Below are positions 1-13,556 of a stretch of 64,000 nt of DNA, piece by piece. The stretch spans positions 71,548,001-71,612,000 of the forward strand of contig NC_043001.1 of NCBI RefSeq assembly GCF_006345805.1, written 5' to 3'. Both the position numbers and the translations under genes were made by a program. Numbering within the stretch: position 1 is the stretch's first letter; each line of letters opens with the position of its first letter. Source of the DNA: Octopus sinensis (taxonomy: Eukaryota). The notes below the pieces were generated by a model. That model saw only the letters and a list, made by a program, of their open reading frames with translations. It searched no databases and was not told where the DNA came from.

Positions 1-454
1 ACATCGGCATCACCACCTCCATCGTTATCACCACCATTACCAGCATCACTACCATCATGGCCACCATTACCATCATTATCATCAGCAGCAGTAAGGGCAG
101 CATTCTAACTCGAAAGAATATATGAGCACCTAAAAGCTACGAGGCACAAACAATAACACCACTATTCGTCATGGAGAGTGAAGGGTGTACATGTCCACAC
201 ACTATATCTCATACACCAGATCACTGCAAGACAGAGTATTTAGTATCAGTGAGAGTATAGCAATAGACAGGGTCGTGGAGAGAGTATGATATGACCACAC
301 TCACACAATACTTTTTACTGTTCATCATTGCATGTCGGAGTATGTAGCATAGATGATGGAGGGAAGGGGCATAGTATAACTGTGAAAATAGAGATGTAGG
401 ATCATGCTGTATTTTTGGCCGGTAAAATATTGGATTAAACAACAACGACAACAT

Positions 455-968
455 CAAAAAGTCACCATTACCAACAGTAATGCCAGAGACAGACTCTAAG
501 CAGCCGTTCGACCTGATAAAAGTAGCAAGTAAATCACCCTCTAATCACAAGTAACCATCTTAAGGAAGAAGGAACACATAACATAATGGACTTCTAGATT
601 CACTACCAACACTGCCTTGTCTTTCAATTGAACCAGCAATAATTTAGATAGAACATGAAAATAAATGAACTAGGTGTAAAATAAGAGTAAATCTAACATC
701 TCATCTACCCCAGCAATCGGGATATCTATGTATAGAAATTATCTCTTTAACTAGACGCTTTAAATCGCATCAGCCACCCATGCTGATATGAGCAACCACT
801 ATTATCATCATCACTACAATATCAAAAAGTCATCATTACCAACAGAAATGCTACAGATGGTCTTTGCCCAACCGTTCGACCGCATAAAAATAGCAAGCAA
901 AAAACCCTCTAGACAAAGGTAACCATATTAAGGAAGAAGAAACACACACTATAATGGACTCCTAGATA
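455..968. repeat. Two diverged copies (455-607 and 822-968) of a ~150-bp interspersed repeat fragment
   Basis: caaaaagtca(c/t)cattaccaacag...ccgttcgacc...aaggaagaag...ataatggact...ctaga is present twice, about 367 bp apart. Confidence 0.75.
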
Positions 969-1483
969 CTCGTTGTGGGAAAAAATATAGAAGATTACAA
1001 TGGAAGGAATGTATTTGATCATATGTCTGTTCATTCGTAGCTGGCCTATGATTTAACGAGAACAACAACGAGAACAATACAAATAGCAGACGCTATTTAC
1101 ATTTCCTTTCAAACCGTTAGCCACTGGGAGAACTCATCACTTAAATTTTGTTAAAGCTTGAACTATAAAAAAGAAACAATTATCGAAAGTAAATTAAAAT
1201 AAAAGCTAAATTAGGCAGAAAAATGGCCATAGAAACTGAACAATTAGTCTCCGAGATCATTGATTGGGCGACAACTTCTGAAATGTAAATTAAACGAATT
1301 TTTAAACACATCAACAAAAGCATCAGCAAAAACAACAACAAGTCACAACAATAAAAACAACTGTCACAAGAACAAGAACAAATAACAACACCGTTAGTTA
1401 ATGAAACAAACTTCGATTTATTTTCGTCTGGCACAGAGTAACACAAAGGGATAGCTGTTGTAGTCATCGTCGACGTCGTTGCT

Positions 1484-1612
1484 GTTGTCGTTGTTGTTGC
1501 TGTTGTTGTTGTCGTTGTTGTTGTTGTTGCTTTTGCTGCTACTGATACTTCTGCAGTTACCGCCATTGCAGCTGCTGCTGTTGTTACTGTTGTCGCCATT
1601 GCTGTTTTTATT
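1484..1612. repeat. (TTG/CTG)n compound trinucleotide microsatellite
   Basis: Direct reading; it produces the poly-T/poly-L ORFs in the track. Confidence 0.95.
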
Positions 1613-1714
1613 TGACCCCGGGTCAACCAGACATCAGCTGACTTGTGATCGAATCTGTTCTGCATGATTCCATCTTCATTTTTAATTGTATTATTTTATT
1701 TTTTCTTCACGCAG

Positions 1715-2142
1715 ATTATCAGATTAACGAGAACTACATTATCTAATGAGTCTTTCCTTTTTCAAGACACTTAGATTCTGTCGAAGGAAATTTGACTTTT
1801 ACTGCTAGAAGACCAAGTGAGTGTGTATAGATGCCTTTGGTATTTGATACAAAATGAAGTAAATATGGTATAACTTCTTTATCTATCCATAAGTATGTGG
1901 ATTTCGACTTTGTATGAATTAGATTTAAGTGATTGAAAAAGGTGCAACGTCATCTGTCTCCCACCTAGCCACACTCTTTTCTGGTATAGGATGGCTGACT
2001 GAAACTGTCTTACTGACCGATGGAGCCAAAATCTGCATGAGTGAATTTCCAGATTTTACATTTGATCATAGAGAGTTTGGGACACGATGGTTACCCTCAT
2101 ATTTTAATCTGCTTATCAAAATGATTATGCTTTGAACTAAAG
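1715..2142 (+). pseudogene. Two candidate phase 1-1 exons (1715-1816 and 1990-2142) with in-frame stops; product unknown
   Basis: Acceptors ttttttcttcacgcag and tttttctggtatag; donors a|gtgagt and g|gtaaga. Joined frame DYQINENYII**VFPFSRHLDSVEGNLTFTARRP-RWLTETVLLTDGAKICMSEFPDFTFDHREFGTRWLPSYFNLLIKMIML*TK. No homolog recognised. Confidence 0.25.
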
Positions 2143-2289
2143 GTAAGAGCCAAAGAATGACAACCATTAGTGCCCTTTTCTAACCGCCCCATACATCCCA
2201 CGTTTACTATATAATATTAATATTATTATTAACAATTTTAACAACAGCAGCAACAACAACAGCAACAACAATAATGATAATAATAATAA

Positions 2290-2790
2290 ATTATTTATTT
2301 TATTTGCCACCAGGGCGAAGAATGAGGAAGACAATACAAAGACAGGCACAAAGTGGGGGGATTACATATAATGAAAAGATGAAATAAATAAATAAATGAC
2401 AAAAATGAGTAAGTATACATGGTATACAATAACATACAAAGGTTAAAAAAAGGCGGGGTGATGATAGAAAAGTAGTCCACCTGATACAGGATGAACTCTA
2501 GGAATAATCGAGGAACCCCCCTGTATGAGATCTCCCTGACCACCAAGGGCAAGTGCTCTCTCTGTTCACTAAGGACCCGGCCGATAGACGGATCAAGCCC
2601 ACACGTGATAGCAGCTGTCCGACATGATCCCACGAGTTAGCAATACCCGGACATTGAACGAGTGCATGCAGTATGTTTTTGTCATTATGTGCGCACCTCG
2701 GACAAACCTGTCTAACAGCACACCCATGCCTGTAGAGTTCGATAAACTTATTGAATATCATTTCTCTATTATTAATTTTATTCGTGTCTC
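2290..2790 (-). mobile_element. L1/Tx1-clade LINE 3' end (zf-RVT region plus 3' UTR)
   Basis: ORF 2498..2761 has CPRC..NILHALVQCPGIANSW, the C-terminal CCHC knuckle of L1/Tx1 ORF2; A-rich aaataaaataaataa end near 2290. Confidence 0.65.
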
Positions 2791-2924
2791 TATCTTAGTA
2801 GCAACTGATGGATAAAGAAATCAAACGACATAAACAAACGGCAGCAAAACCGTTCAGAAATTAAATAACACTAACACATTCAGTATCAATAATATATTTA
2901 ATTAATACACGACAATTTCTAGCT

Positions 2925-4493
2925 TTACCCATTTTGAATACATCGCTCCTATTTAAAACCTCTTACCTACTTGACAATTGCATTTCTAGCTCTGCCTTGA
3001 GGGAAGATTTATTTCTTGGACTCACGTTTTTGTGCGCAACGATGTTTTTAAACCCCGTTACAGCACCGTATGCAGGTCTTTTCCGTTTTCTTTCACGCAC
3101 GGATAAATTTTTCACAACAGACCCTAATGGTGCAAGTATTAGGTCACCCTTGTTGAGCCACCTCTTTGATGCTTCCTGCTCTTTTAATTTGTTGATATCA
3201 CGGTGGACTCGACCATGTAATTCCATACCGAGTTGGGTTTCTTCTCTCTCGTTGGCTGCTCTTGATCGGAATTCATGAGCATTCTCAAGTCCACTTTTGT
3301 TGATTCCTTCTGCACAAGCAGCATACTGTAGGAGGTCTTGTTTGCTGTTTACTAAATATGCTGCCATATTTCTTCTTTCCCTGTTGATGCACCCCCGTAT
3401 GCTAATCAGCCCACGTTCACCTTTAACTCTCTTGAGGAAGATCCTATGTACATTTGCCTTTCTTTTGGGTCGTGCGATCGAGTTGATCTCCGCTTGTTCC
3501 ATTTCTGGATGGGTGCACTATAGCGGACTACAGTAACAGCCCATATGTTGATGGCAGTCACAAAATTCCTTGAGTTTTGATTTGAAGAAAAGTTTGAGGT
3601 GCTTGAAATATGCAGTGATAACCTTGTCTTTCATTTATTCGTACAAGATATTGTCCAGCTCCAGGAATACAAGGTACTTGTACCAATCATCATCCGGGTC
3701 TTCCATTCTCTCTCCGTTTGCCAATTCTATGCCCCTTGAATTTACTCTTCTCCCCCGCTTCAAATAAGCACCACACACCCCGAGATACCGAATTCCATCT
3801 CTATATCCTTGCTGCACATTTGCACAGTCTCAACGAGCCTTTCCAGTTTTAAACGCGAACAGTTTTAAATCATCCATGAAGAGAAGGTGGCTGAGATGAG
3901 GTCCATTTTTTCTCAGGTCATAGTTCACGTTGACTTTGCGTGGGACTACAGAAAGTGGGATCAAGGCTATAACAAATTACGGAGGTGAACAAGAGTCTCC
4001 TTGGAAGATAACTCTTTTGATGGTTACCTCGGCTAAGTACTGGTTGTTACAAGAAAGACGTGTTTTTCAACTAGGCATGCTGCTCTTAATCAGTGCACAC
4101 ACATTCTTAGCTATTCCACACATGTCGAGTGTTTCTAAAGACCACGAATGCGGCAACATGTCGTAAGCCTTTTTGAAGTCTAACCCGGTCATGCATAAGT
4201 GTTTTTTTTTTTTTGGTACAGTTTACAGTTCTTCATTATAATCTTGTCTATCACAAGGTAGTCCTTGGTGCCCTTGGATCCTTTTCGGCACCCCTTTTTT
4301 CTACTGACAGTAGATTGTTTTCTGCAAGTACCGTATATATTTTCCCTGCGTGGGTACCTATTAATACTTTCCATAGGAGTTTAAGACAAACAATGAGTCT
4401 GTAATTGCCAACCTCATTGACCTTTGACCGATCTTTCATTAACAACGTTGTTCTTCCCTCTACCATCCACTCCGGAACTGCACTGCTTTGTAC
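2925..4493 (-). mobile_element. RLE-type (R4/Dong-like) non-LTR retrotransposon, decayed RT fragment
   Basis: VPEWMVEGRTTLLMK..NYRLIVCLKLLWK, GSKGTKDYLVIDK, RKANVHRIFLKRVKGERGL; the 5' break abuts (TAA)n on the sense strand. Confidence 0.85.
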
Positions 4494-4528
<35 letters not shown>

Positions 4529-4593
4529 TATTATTATTATTATTATTATTGTTGTTGTTGTTGTTGTTGTTGTTATTATTATTATTATTATTC
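4494..4593. repeat. (TTA)n/(TTG)n microsatellite
   Basis: Direct reading. Confidence 0.95.
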
Positions 4594-5076
4594 ATAGTAT
4601 GAGTGATAGATTTTATATAGAAAGCAATTTTAAAAGCTATTCAAGTACATCTCGACAGATTTCAGTAGCCTTAAATATAACAATACATATGTTTCTGATC
4701 GAAAGCTTTTGTGTATGAAATTTCATTGTTCCCTCAAGTTTACAAAGTTGATACAGTAGTTTGCTCGTTTAAAAGGTAAAAGAAAAAGAAATTTGATATA
4801 AGATAGAAATATGTATACATTTAACGATGCACATGTGTCAAGTAACATACACAAACTGATAATGAAAGAAACATGTATATATTGAAACAGTGAAATGAAA
4901 TTGTGTATGTATTGAAACAGAGTAAATGTATATACATGGTAAAGCGGGAAAAAAATTAATACCAATCTCAGAGTGAGATTTCTTATTAAGTGTAGTTTGT
5001 TCACAGCCTATACCATGTTTAAAACCGTACAAAGTAATTGGGCAAAGGTCAACTAGGCAGTAAGAATTTTGGAATG

Positions 5077-5283
5077 GAGCCAGCAGCTTTTGAGGGAAGG
5101 GGTAAGTCGATTACATCGATCGCAGTGCATGACTGGTACTTGACTGGTACTTATTTTATCGACTCCGGAAGGATGAAAGACAAAGTTGGCTTCGTTAGAA
5201 TTTGAACACAAAATATGAAGACGGACAAAATGCCGCTAAGCATTTTGTTCGGCGTGCTAACGGTTCGACCAGCTCACCGCCTT
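5077..5283 (-). mobile_element. tRNA-headed SINE (family with central GCCTTTCATCCTT.CGGGGTCGATAAA domain)
   Basis: Reverse complement starts aaggcggtgagctgg..gttagcacgcc, B-box-like gttcaaattc; related copies at 9205, 15275, 20815 and 62290. Confidence 0.8.
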
Positions 5284-5769
5284 AGTAAGAATAGAATAAT
5301 GACACTAGCAGAAAAAACCTTTTGACAGGGCTAGTTCTGAGATATTATAATATCGTTTTGAGCTGCATAATTCTTGTGAGGTAATCGGAAATCGGTCGCT
5401 AGCTTCCTGTGTCGTATGACTAATTGTTTGGTGAACACGATTCCTGAATGTCAGGAATCAACTTTTCGATTATTTTAAAATGATATTGAACTCTGAAAGG
5501 AACTGTCAATGAGCTAATTTTTATAAGAATTGTATTTGGACATTGTAGTGGGGAAAAAATTATTTAAAAAGATGTAAGAATTGTCCTTAAGCCCTGTAGC
5601 AAAGTTTTCGATGGCAGGGGTATTTTTACAACATATTTAAATTAGAACTACACAGTTAAACGATAAAAAACAGGTGTGAGAGTTTGACAATTGATGCTTT
5701 GGAAGCAGTGAATAAGAAAGTTGTATTTTGCTGCAGCAGCAAACGAAATACAAGATTAAGGGCTATCAT

Positions 5770-5940
5770 CATAAAGATGATGATGATAATGATGACAACG
5801 ACGACGACGACAACGACGATGATGATGATGACGACGACGACGATGACGACGAGGATAGTAATGGAGGAAGGGAGGAGGTGGTGGTGGTGGTGGTGATGGT
5901 GGTGGTGGTGGTGGTGGTGGTGGTGGTGGTGGTGGAGGTA
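5770..5940. repeat. (GAT/GAC)n then (GTG)n microsatellites
   Basis: Direct reading. Confidence 0.95.
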
Positions 5941-6360
5941 ACGAAGACGACATATTAACCACCAGCCAAATTATCTGTCTGGAGTAACAGACAATCGATT
6001 AGTTACCCGATACTACATACATAAAGCAAACAAGCTGACCAGTCATCATCTGTTTTACCTTTAGTTTTAGTGAAGGAAGTCATTTAATCGAGTTATTACA
6101 AAGTTATATCGAAGTAATAAAGTTTGAGTGTATTTATGACCCAAATCAAACATGAACTTGTTTCAGATGGACAATGTTGATAGTGGGCCATTTTATTTCC
6201 TGTTATTTCCATGACAAAGTACTTAGAAGTTCTGCTCAGAACATTAAATTCTTCTGTATACGGAAACTCGTAGCGAAGTGAAAGAAGCTAGATATATATG
6301 TACGCTTAGTTTTCCGGATCCGTTATGTTGTTAGAATGCTCTGGCACATCGATCTGGATA

Positions 6361-6693
6361 AAGGATAAAAGCCCCCTTTGGTCATGTATGACCATGAGAT
6401 TGCACCTAGAAAGTTACCTTCTGAGGTACAAGTCCGGGTAAGGTTTTTTTATGGAAGACCAGCAGTCACCCATTCATACCAGCCTCCCCTCTCCACGCCT
6501 TCGATGTTATTCAAGGGAAAAGCAAACGAAGATACAGTTTGGCACCAGAGATGTCATTTCTATGGCCGAGTGAACTAGAGAAACGTGCAATAAAGTGTCT
6601 TGCTCAAGAACACAACACACAGCCTGGTGCGAGAATCGAACTCACTACCTCAGGATTGTAACCCCGATACCCCGATGCTCTAACCACTGAGCC
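6361..6693 (-). mobile_element. tRNA-headed CORE-like SINE with long tail
   Basis: Minus strand ggctcagtggttagagcatc..gtgagttcgattctcgc (A/B boxes), then gtgttgtgttcttgagcaagacacttta (CORE-like). Confidence 0.8.
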
Positions 6694-7167
6694 TCGAATA
6701 AGCGGACAGAAAGGAATTAGTCCTACTACGTTGTGTGGTTGGTTGTTACCCGGTTGTTACCTGGTTGTGACCTGACTATGACTTGACTGTGACTTGATGT
6801 GACGATCATACTGATCCTGCGAAAATGCGTTGCTCTCAACTTTGGGTTGCGTTTGTTAGCAAGCGTTAACCGAAAGGTGCGGCGGAAAACACCCTGCTGC
6901 CTTTGGTGGTTAAAGAATTATTCATGAAAGATAGATACCTCATAGCAAATACAGTCAGTTGTTGAAGGAAACGGAATCTCCCAAAATTTTTTTTAAAAAT
7001 TATGAATTTCGTTAATGCGTGAGTTCCTTGTTCGTTGACCCAGTTGGTAATAATGTCGAAATATATATCCACCGTTTAGGTTTGTATTCCTGCTGTAATA
7101 ACCGACCTTTTATAAAAATGTTTAGTTTAAAACTTTTTATAAAAAGGTTTTTAAATATCATCTGCAG

Positions 7168-7237
7168 GTAATTGATTACTATCGACCGATAATGGAAAAG
7201 TATAATATACAGGAACTGCAAAAGTCAATGATGTTAG
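7168..7237 (+). CDS. Candidate host exon (phase 0-1) VIDYYRPIMEKYNIQELQKSMML
   Basis: ctgcag acceptor, perfect ag|gtaagt donor, only one open frame, phase-compatible with 8549-8597. Confidence 0.45.
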
Positions 7238-8284
7238 GTAAGTGAATATATTTTAAATACTGAATACAAGAACATTTGTAAATATGTGCGCGTGTGTGAG
7301 TACGTGTACCAAACTATAAGTAAAAGTGAGATGACTGTTCGTATACGTGACTGTATACTTTAGAATCTTTGTAGTCACCAAGTTGCTAATATTGAATTTA
7401 ACCTAAATATAGAAGAGTATTAAACCAGTTTTGTTAATTTATAAAATTTTGAAGAGAAACGTCTAAGGGGAAGCTGATGTCCTGCTCTCTGTAGTAGACT
7501 ATACATGCTGCTAACAATGTGGTTGTCTTTGGTCGTTAAGTGTACGTCAGCTGCTAAGTGTGTCTGGAAATGTGACTATGAGTGAAATGGTTGGCGGTGC
7601 GAATATGAACTGCAGGTGATAGGAAGACCCTAGTTGAATGTGCAAACTTTTTGCAATGAACTGTAACCATGTAGAGGATTCTATAGATTGAAAGTGTAAA
7701 AGCAGTTCTGTTATAAATTGTATGAATGGGCATACAATTTACGGGCATGTTAACAAATTTGTTTTTTAATGCTGAGAAAGTTGTCTTTGAAATAACTTCT
7801 GAATCGATACAGTATTGTAATATAGTGCGGCTCTATAGTGACGTATGGTTGTGGGGAAGAGTAGTATAACGTGGTCCGCGTTACTCCAGCCCCATACGAA
7901 ATAACATACTGAGAGGAGAAAAATGGGTATGTTGACCAAGGATAAGAAAATTATGAAGTGGAGAAATATGTTTGGAAGAAATCTTGAAGAACATACTTCT
8001 TGTGTGAAACTGTTCGACTAGAGGTGTATGTATTTGAACCACATCTCGGATCGCAAAATGGGGAATTATTATTTCATTAAATTTAATAAAAGAACAAGTG
8101 TCAAAATATTAACATTGTCAAAAATATATGGACTGACTCCAAACATATAAATATCAAAACACGTATATACTTTTATAAATGCACACACCCCGGCTTTCTC
8201 CACAGAACTGCATTCCCACCCGGCCCTTAAATCCCTCACGCATTACTTTTTCTCTTTAACTCTCCGGTTTTACTTTTCTTCTAT

Positions 8285-8400
8285 AGTTTTCTTCCGATGA
8301 AGAATTAGCATCCGAAACGTCAACACTATTCCCTTTCTTTAAAGAGTTAATCTAATACAATATCTGTTAAAACTTATCCTTTTTGCGTGTTCTTCGTTCA
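8285..8400 (+). repeat. Decayed copy of a minimal hammerhead-like repeat (CCGATGA-A...GAAACGTC)
   Basis: ccgatga a gaattagcatcc gaaa cgtc at 8294-8321; stem II pairs poorly. Confidence 0.35.
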
Positions 8401-8548
8401 CTTTTTGTTCATTGCTTCCAGAATATTCACACATAGTGATTATCTACATACATACACGTATATATACATATATGTGCATGTGTGTGCATATGTGTGTTGT
8501 GTGTTTTATTGGTTCTGGTTATATTTTATATGGAAAAAAATTCTACAG

Positions 8549-8597
8549 CCTACTCCAAGAGTTACAACAAACGCTTCTGTAATATTATGCATTCACT
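8549..8597 (+). CDS. Candidate host exon (phase 1-2) AYSKSYNKRFCNIMHSL
   Basis: ttctacag acceptor, t|gtaagt donor; continues the frame of 7168-7237 (G|CC = Ala). Confidence 0.4.
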
Positions 8598-9204
8598 GTA
8601 AGTGACTAAATAATATTATAGAAGCTTCTGTTCGAATGCCATCCATCATATGTGAAATTAGATTGTTCCAGTGCCAGTAAAAATAATAATCACGCACACA
8701 TTCAAATAAGAAAAGGCAATCAAGCCTGATATGTTCGTGTGCGTGTGTACATACATACATATGAATATGTACGTATAATGATATTTGCGTTAACTAAAAT
8801 ATACACGCTGGTAATTATAGAATGGTGTATGCAGTGAAATAAGGAAAGGAAATCGTATATGCATTAAAACAACGTAAAACTGCACACTGTTATGTTAAAC
8901 ACGTCAAGTATAGATGCCGTGAGAGAAACAGCAAACAAAATATTTGATAGTGGGAACTGTCAATAAGTATAGTTTGTTTTCATGATACGATTGCTAAATA
9001 TTTACAATATGTCGCAGAAATTAGCTGAGCAAAGTTCATATTAGGTATGAAGGACGAAATAATAACATGATATAAAAAACAAAACGTGTAGTCAAGCTTA
9101 GTTGAAAGATGGTGCTGTATCTTCTTGAGTTCCTGTAAATTGTTCGCAAATCAGTTGTTAACTCTGGAGTTCTATAAACGCTGGACAAGACAACGAACTG
9201 ACAG

Positions 9205-9370
9205 TTATTAGCACGGCAAACAAAATTATTAGCGACATTTTTCCCGTTTTTTCCGTTCTGATTTCAAATCCCACTGAAGTCAACGTTGCCGTTCTTCCCC
9301 TCTGGGTCGATAAACTAGAGCACCAGTCGTGTTCTGAGATTTATGTAATCGACATGGTTCTTCTTTTCAA
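9205..9370 (+). mobile_element. Decayed tRNA-headed SINE (same family as 5077)
   Basis: ttagcacgg..ttcaaatccc..gggtcgataaa..caccagtc. Confidence 0.6.
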
Positions 9371-9559
9371 AGTAGTTGGCTTAGAACCCTTCAACGGACC
9401 GGCGTCGCATTCAGCGGTATCAGTAAATCTCGGTCAGCTATACGCCATAGAATCCAGGTAACCAGCCTTATGACTCCAAAGGCTCAAGAAACTGCATGCA
9501 GAACGAAATCGAATCTCGAACTAAGAAAACAAACGGTGTTAAATGCAATTGCTAATCTG

Positions 9560-9925
9560 CGTGATAAGAAACTTGCCTCCAAACCACATGCCTCCGGGTT
9601 CAATCAGACTGCGTGGTACTTCGGACAAGTGTCTTCTACTACAGCGTCAGGCTGATCAAAGCATTGTGAGTGGATTTGGTAGACGAAAACTGAAAGAAAC
9701 CCATCGTATATGCGTGTGGGGATGTTTGTCCCTCGTCACCGCTTGACAACTGGTGTTGATGGGTTTACGCCCCCGTGATCTAGCGGCTCGGCATGAGGGA
9801 CAGATTGAATAAGTACTAGGCTTTAAAAAAGTAAGTCTCGTGGTCGATATATTCAACTAAAACCCTTCAGGCCACAGCATGGCTACAGTCAAATGAGTGG
9901 AACAAGTAAAAGATAAAAGATACTC
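9560..9925 (+). mobile_element. Long tRNA-headed SINE (family with internal microsatellite)
   Basis: aaccacat..gggttcaatc..gcgtggtac..caagtgtcttctacta..gtgagtggatttggtagacg, tail gtaaaagataaaaga. Confidence 0.8.
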
Positions 9926-10692
9926 TAAAAAGACATGTCAGTGGAATAATTATGAGAGGAATTTTGTCAGAACAACGAAGTCGGAAATAATTCTTAGAAA
10001 TCGTGCGAGAATTGTCTGCAACAGACTTAAGATCTGCAACGGTAAAATACTTTGGAATGACAATGCTGTTATTATAATGCTTCTGAAGCTAAGCTAAACA
10101 GAACATCTACGACAAACAGATGTTGTGGTTTGGTTCATTGCTGGTTGAATTTCGCACCGTACTAGACAAAGATGTGTGTGTGTGTGTGTGTGTGTGTGCG
10201 TGCATATGTATCTGAAAGAAACTCTTTCAAACAGGAAATAAAGAAAAAAAATATTTTAAAGTAGGCGGCTGGAACAGATGCTTTTGGTTCAGTCAGCTCA
10301 CCAGTGGGTCTGAAAGGAAAATGTTTTCAACGTGAAACAATGTGTTTTTCTTTCTTAATGTCAAAGGAAAATAGAAGGGAAGAAAGGAAGGAAGAAAGAA
10401 ACAAGAAAAATATGTGTTTATATCTATACAGTTGCTTAGTTCTTTCAATAGATGACAAGATGATTCTTAGACTATGAAAATGGCAAAACCAGGTGGTTAC
10501 TCTGAGGGGTAGGGTCTGATTTGATGAGGAATATTGAAAGTTATTTTTCAAAAAATTGTCATCATCATCATTGTCCAATGTTTGATTCCCATGCTGGTAT
10601 GGGTTGGAAAATCTGGATGCAAGATTATGTATATACATAAGCACACATTATTTTCTCTAATATATAATATCTGTACATCACCTCCAAACCTT

Positions 10693-10764
<72 letters not shown>

Positions 10765-10779
10765 ATGGATGTTATATGT

Positions 10780-11200
10780 TATGTCAGGTCACTTTCGAGT
10801 GCTACTGGTAACATGTAACCCAGTACAACCTGTTGCATGGTCGGGTCGTCGGCGACTAAACCGGCAACCCCACCAAACTTGCTTGGTGAGGAAGTTGTTT
10901 ATTGGACACCCTGCGGGATGAAAAACAAAACCCGTCAAAGGGCGGAGGAACTCTTGAGAGTCAACGGCCATCCAATAAATGTCTTAAGGCTGTATCGTGT
11001 GCGAGGACATAGAAATAATCGGACTGAATACCCGATCGCGCGGTTAAACCATTGGGAGTGAAGGACTCCTAGCCTTTGTTAGGGCATCCTTCTAGGAGAA
11101 GGTAACTCAGGTAACTGGGATAACTCCGACATAAAACCTTGCGGCTCAGTGGTTACCGATGATGTTGACTTGTTCTTCTTTTCGGTTTATGGCTGCTGTT
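10780..11200 (+). mobile_element. Probable LINE (RTE-like) 5' UTR fragment
   Basis: GC-richer block with agggcatccttctaggagaaggtaactc, resembling RTE 5' leaders as I recall them; no ORF support. Confidence 0.35.
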
Positions 11201-11344
11201 GCTTATTGAGTGGGATTGACTCAGTGCCCAGCCTTTCCTTACTTTAAAAAAATCTTCTTGCACAGGCATTGCACGTTAACAACATTGATTAAGCTTCGCG
11301 CAGTGGCCATGCTCGATAACGAGGGGGCAGCCACCATGTATGTA

Positions 11345-12090
11345 TGTATGCGTGAGAACCCATGGCCCAGTGGACAGGCTGTTGCACTCACGATCGTGAC
11401 ATCGTGGTTTCAATTCCTAGACAGTATAGTGCGTTTTGTTCTTGATTAAACACAGTTAACTTCGAGACCTGACATATAGTAGACCGTGTACCTTTTCAGG
11501 CAACGTCGATTTCATGGACAATGTGTGAGCTAATGTACAGCATATGTATATATATATTCACGCAAGGATGAATGGATGCATATGAATGTTGAGATGTACT
11601 GATCTATTACACGAGGTGTGCTCAGTACTTGTTGAAAAGAATATGGTTTACTCGTGTTGTGAAATAGCAATTCTGACACAATAAGCTATCAAAATGTGTG
11701 TGTGTGTGTATATGGATGAGTGTGGGTTTATACAATATATAAGTTTATGCTTGCGTAAGGCAAAGAGAGGGAAGATAATTATGGAGACTACGAGAAATAG
11801 AATAAAGATGGAGAAAATAGTAAGAAAATGAGGAAAGATTGAATGAAAAGTTGAAACAATGCTAAAATGTGTGTGTGTGTGTGTGTGTAAATGAAGGTGC
11901 CTGGCTTAGTGGTTTGAGTATTCGGCTCACGATCGTAAGGTTACGAGTTCAATACCTGGCATCGCATTGTATCCTTGAAAAATATATTTTATTTCACGTT
12001 GTTCCAGTCCACACAGCTGGCAATAATTATTTGTAGCGGTATTTCTAAGGGCCAGCCTTGTCACATTCTGTGTTACGCTGTCCTGTTGAT
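11345..12090 (+). mobile_element. Two decayed tRNA/CORE-like SINEs (11345-11575 and 11893-12090)
   Basis: tggcccagtgg / tggcttagtgg A boxes, ctcacgatcg anticodon arm, gttcaatac B box, CORE-like segment. Confidence 0.7.
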
Positions 12091-12253
12091 CTGAGGAACT
12101 GGGACACACTCGTCGTCGTAAAACGACGGAGTGCCAGTTTTGTGCATATACGCACATATGTACATGCATAAACACATACGTGTATAGTGATATATCCGTC
12201 TCTTTCTTATATTCTCCCCTCTCTCTCTCTCTTTATATGGACATATACGTGTT

Positions 12254-12320
<67 letters not shown>

Positions 12321-13139
12321 GTGTATGTATGTATTATGTGTATTTACATACATACATACACACATAAACTTGTCTATATGTGCATGTATTTCTAATTGAT
12401 GAGATGACCAGTATCGATATATCTGTAGATCTATTGATCGTACAGCAGTACCATCACCATCTCTACAACCTCACTCCATACACCGTACAGCCACCATTTG
12501 TTTGCACGTTGGCTATTCTATGAAATGACTGTACGACCTTCTGCTTAATAAGAAACTATTGTCTGTCAAAGTACGTTATTGTGTTGCCAATATTCTTTAT
12601 AGATATTCCATTAACTTGTGTTTGTTAATGTTATCATAACGAAATAAATGAAAGAACGACGCTCAATGCTTCACAGATCTACCATAAATAAACTACGGAA
12701 CTTTCTGAAAGAAAGCATATTTAGTTTCGATGTCTTTTCTAGGTTCAATATTATTGTAGCTTTCTTCGTTTCTGACATTCTTAATGGTATGACGCATTGG
12801 TGGCTGTCTGGATCAAGAACTAACGAAGGTGCCTATGCATGAATACCCTCACTTTCAAGAATTAGCAGCCCACACCCTACATCGTCACTCAGCCCACACC
12901 CTACATCACTTAAAATATGACATTTATATTGAATAGAGTAGTTTTAGATACGCTGTACTATGTATGATATACTAACCCTTTAATGATATAGTATTACTGT
13001 TTTTCTATTTTCTTTACTATGTCTATATACATACATACATACACACACACACACATACACACATACATGCATACATACATATATACATACATACACACAT
13101 ACACACACACACACATATACACACACATACACACACATA

Positions 13140-13556
13140 TCAGATCATCCCATAAGTTCTGTCCGAATTTTGAATAAAGAAAGCAAGTGATCAAATGTTA
13201 TATTTAATTGAAATTTAATCATCAATATACTTTCCCTGATTATCTATGACTTCCTTCCATCAATTTACAAGCTTTTTAATCCCATCGGTGTAAAACTCTT
13301 TGGTTTCAAAGCGAAGAACTCTGAAATGTCTGTTTCGACCTCCTCCTGGCTTACAAAAGTTATGTTCCCCAAATCATTCTGTAAACTACGAAACAAATGG
13401 TAGTCTGAAGGAGCAAGTTCGGGAGAATAAGGTGGCTGAGGAATTTTTTCCCAACCAAGCTCTTCGATCTTCTGTGCAGTGTGTGGTCGTGCATTGTCCT
13501 GATGAAGCATCACTCCTTTTCGATTCACTAAAGCGGGTCTTTTTTTCTATACAGAA
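13140..13556 (-). mobile_element. Mariner (DD34D-type) transposase 3' fragment with right TIR
   Basis: HQDNARPHT..PPYSPELAPSDYHLFRSLQN motifs; terminal tcagatcatcccataagttctgtccg next to TA. Confidence 0.9.

Noticed and set aside
6370-6500. Possible HDV-like ribozyme in the SINE tail (also considered for 10780-10900)
   Set aside because: Some P1/P4-like pairing, but P3/L3 and J4/2 are not convincing by eye
6735-6810. Degenerate 11-bp tandem (ggttgttaccc to gactgtgactt)
   Set aside because: Short drifting minisatellite without unique spacers; not CRISPR-like
9373-9457. Candidate phase 2-0 exon
   Set aside because: The acceptor lies in a SINE tail and more than one frame is open; ambiguous
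13495-13520. CTGATGA inside the mariner (similar hits at 41512 and 53452 in LINEs; CTGACGA on minus at 20250)
   Set aside because: Chance matches, mostly within coding remnants, with no HHR stems
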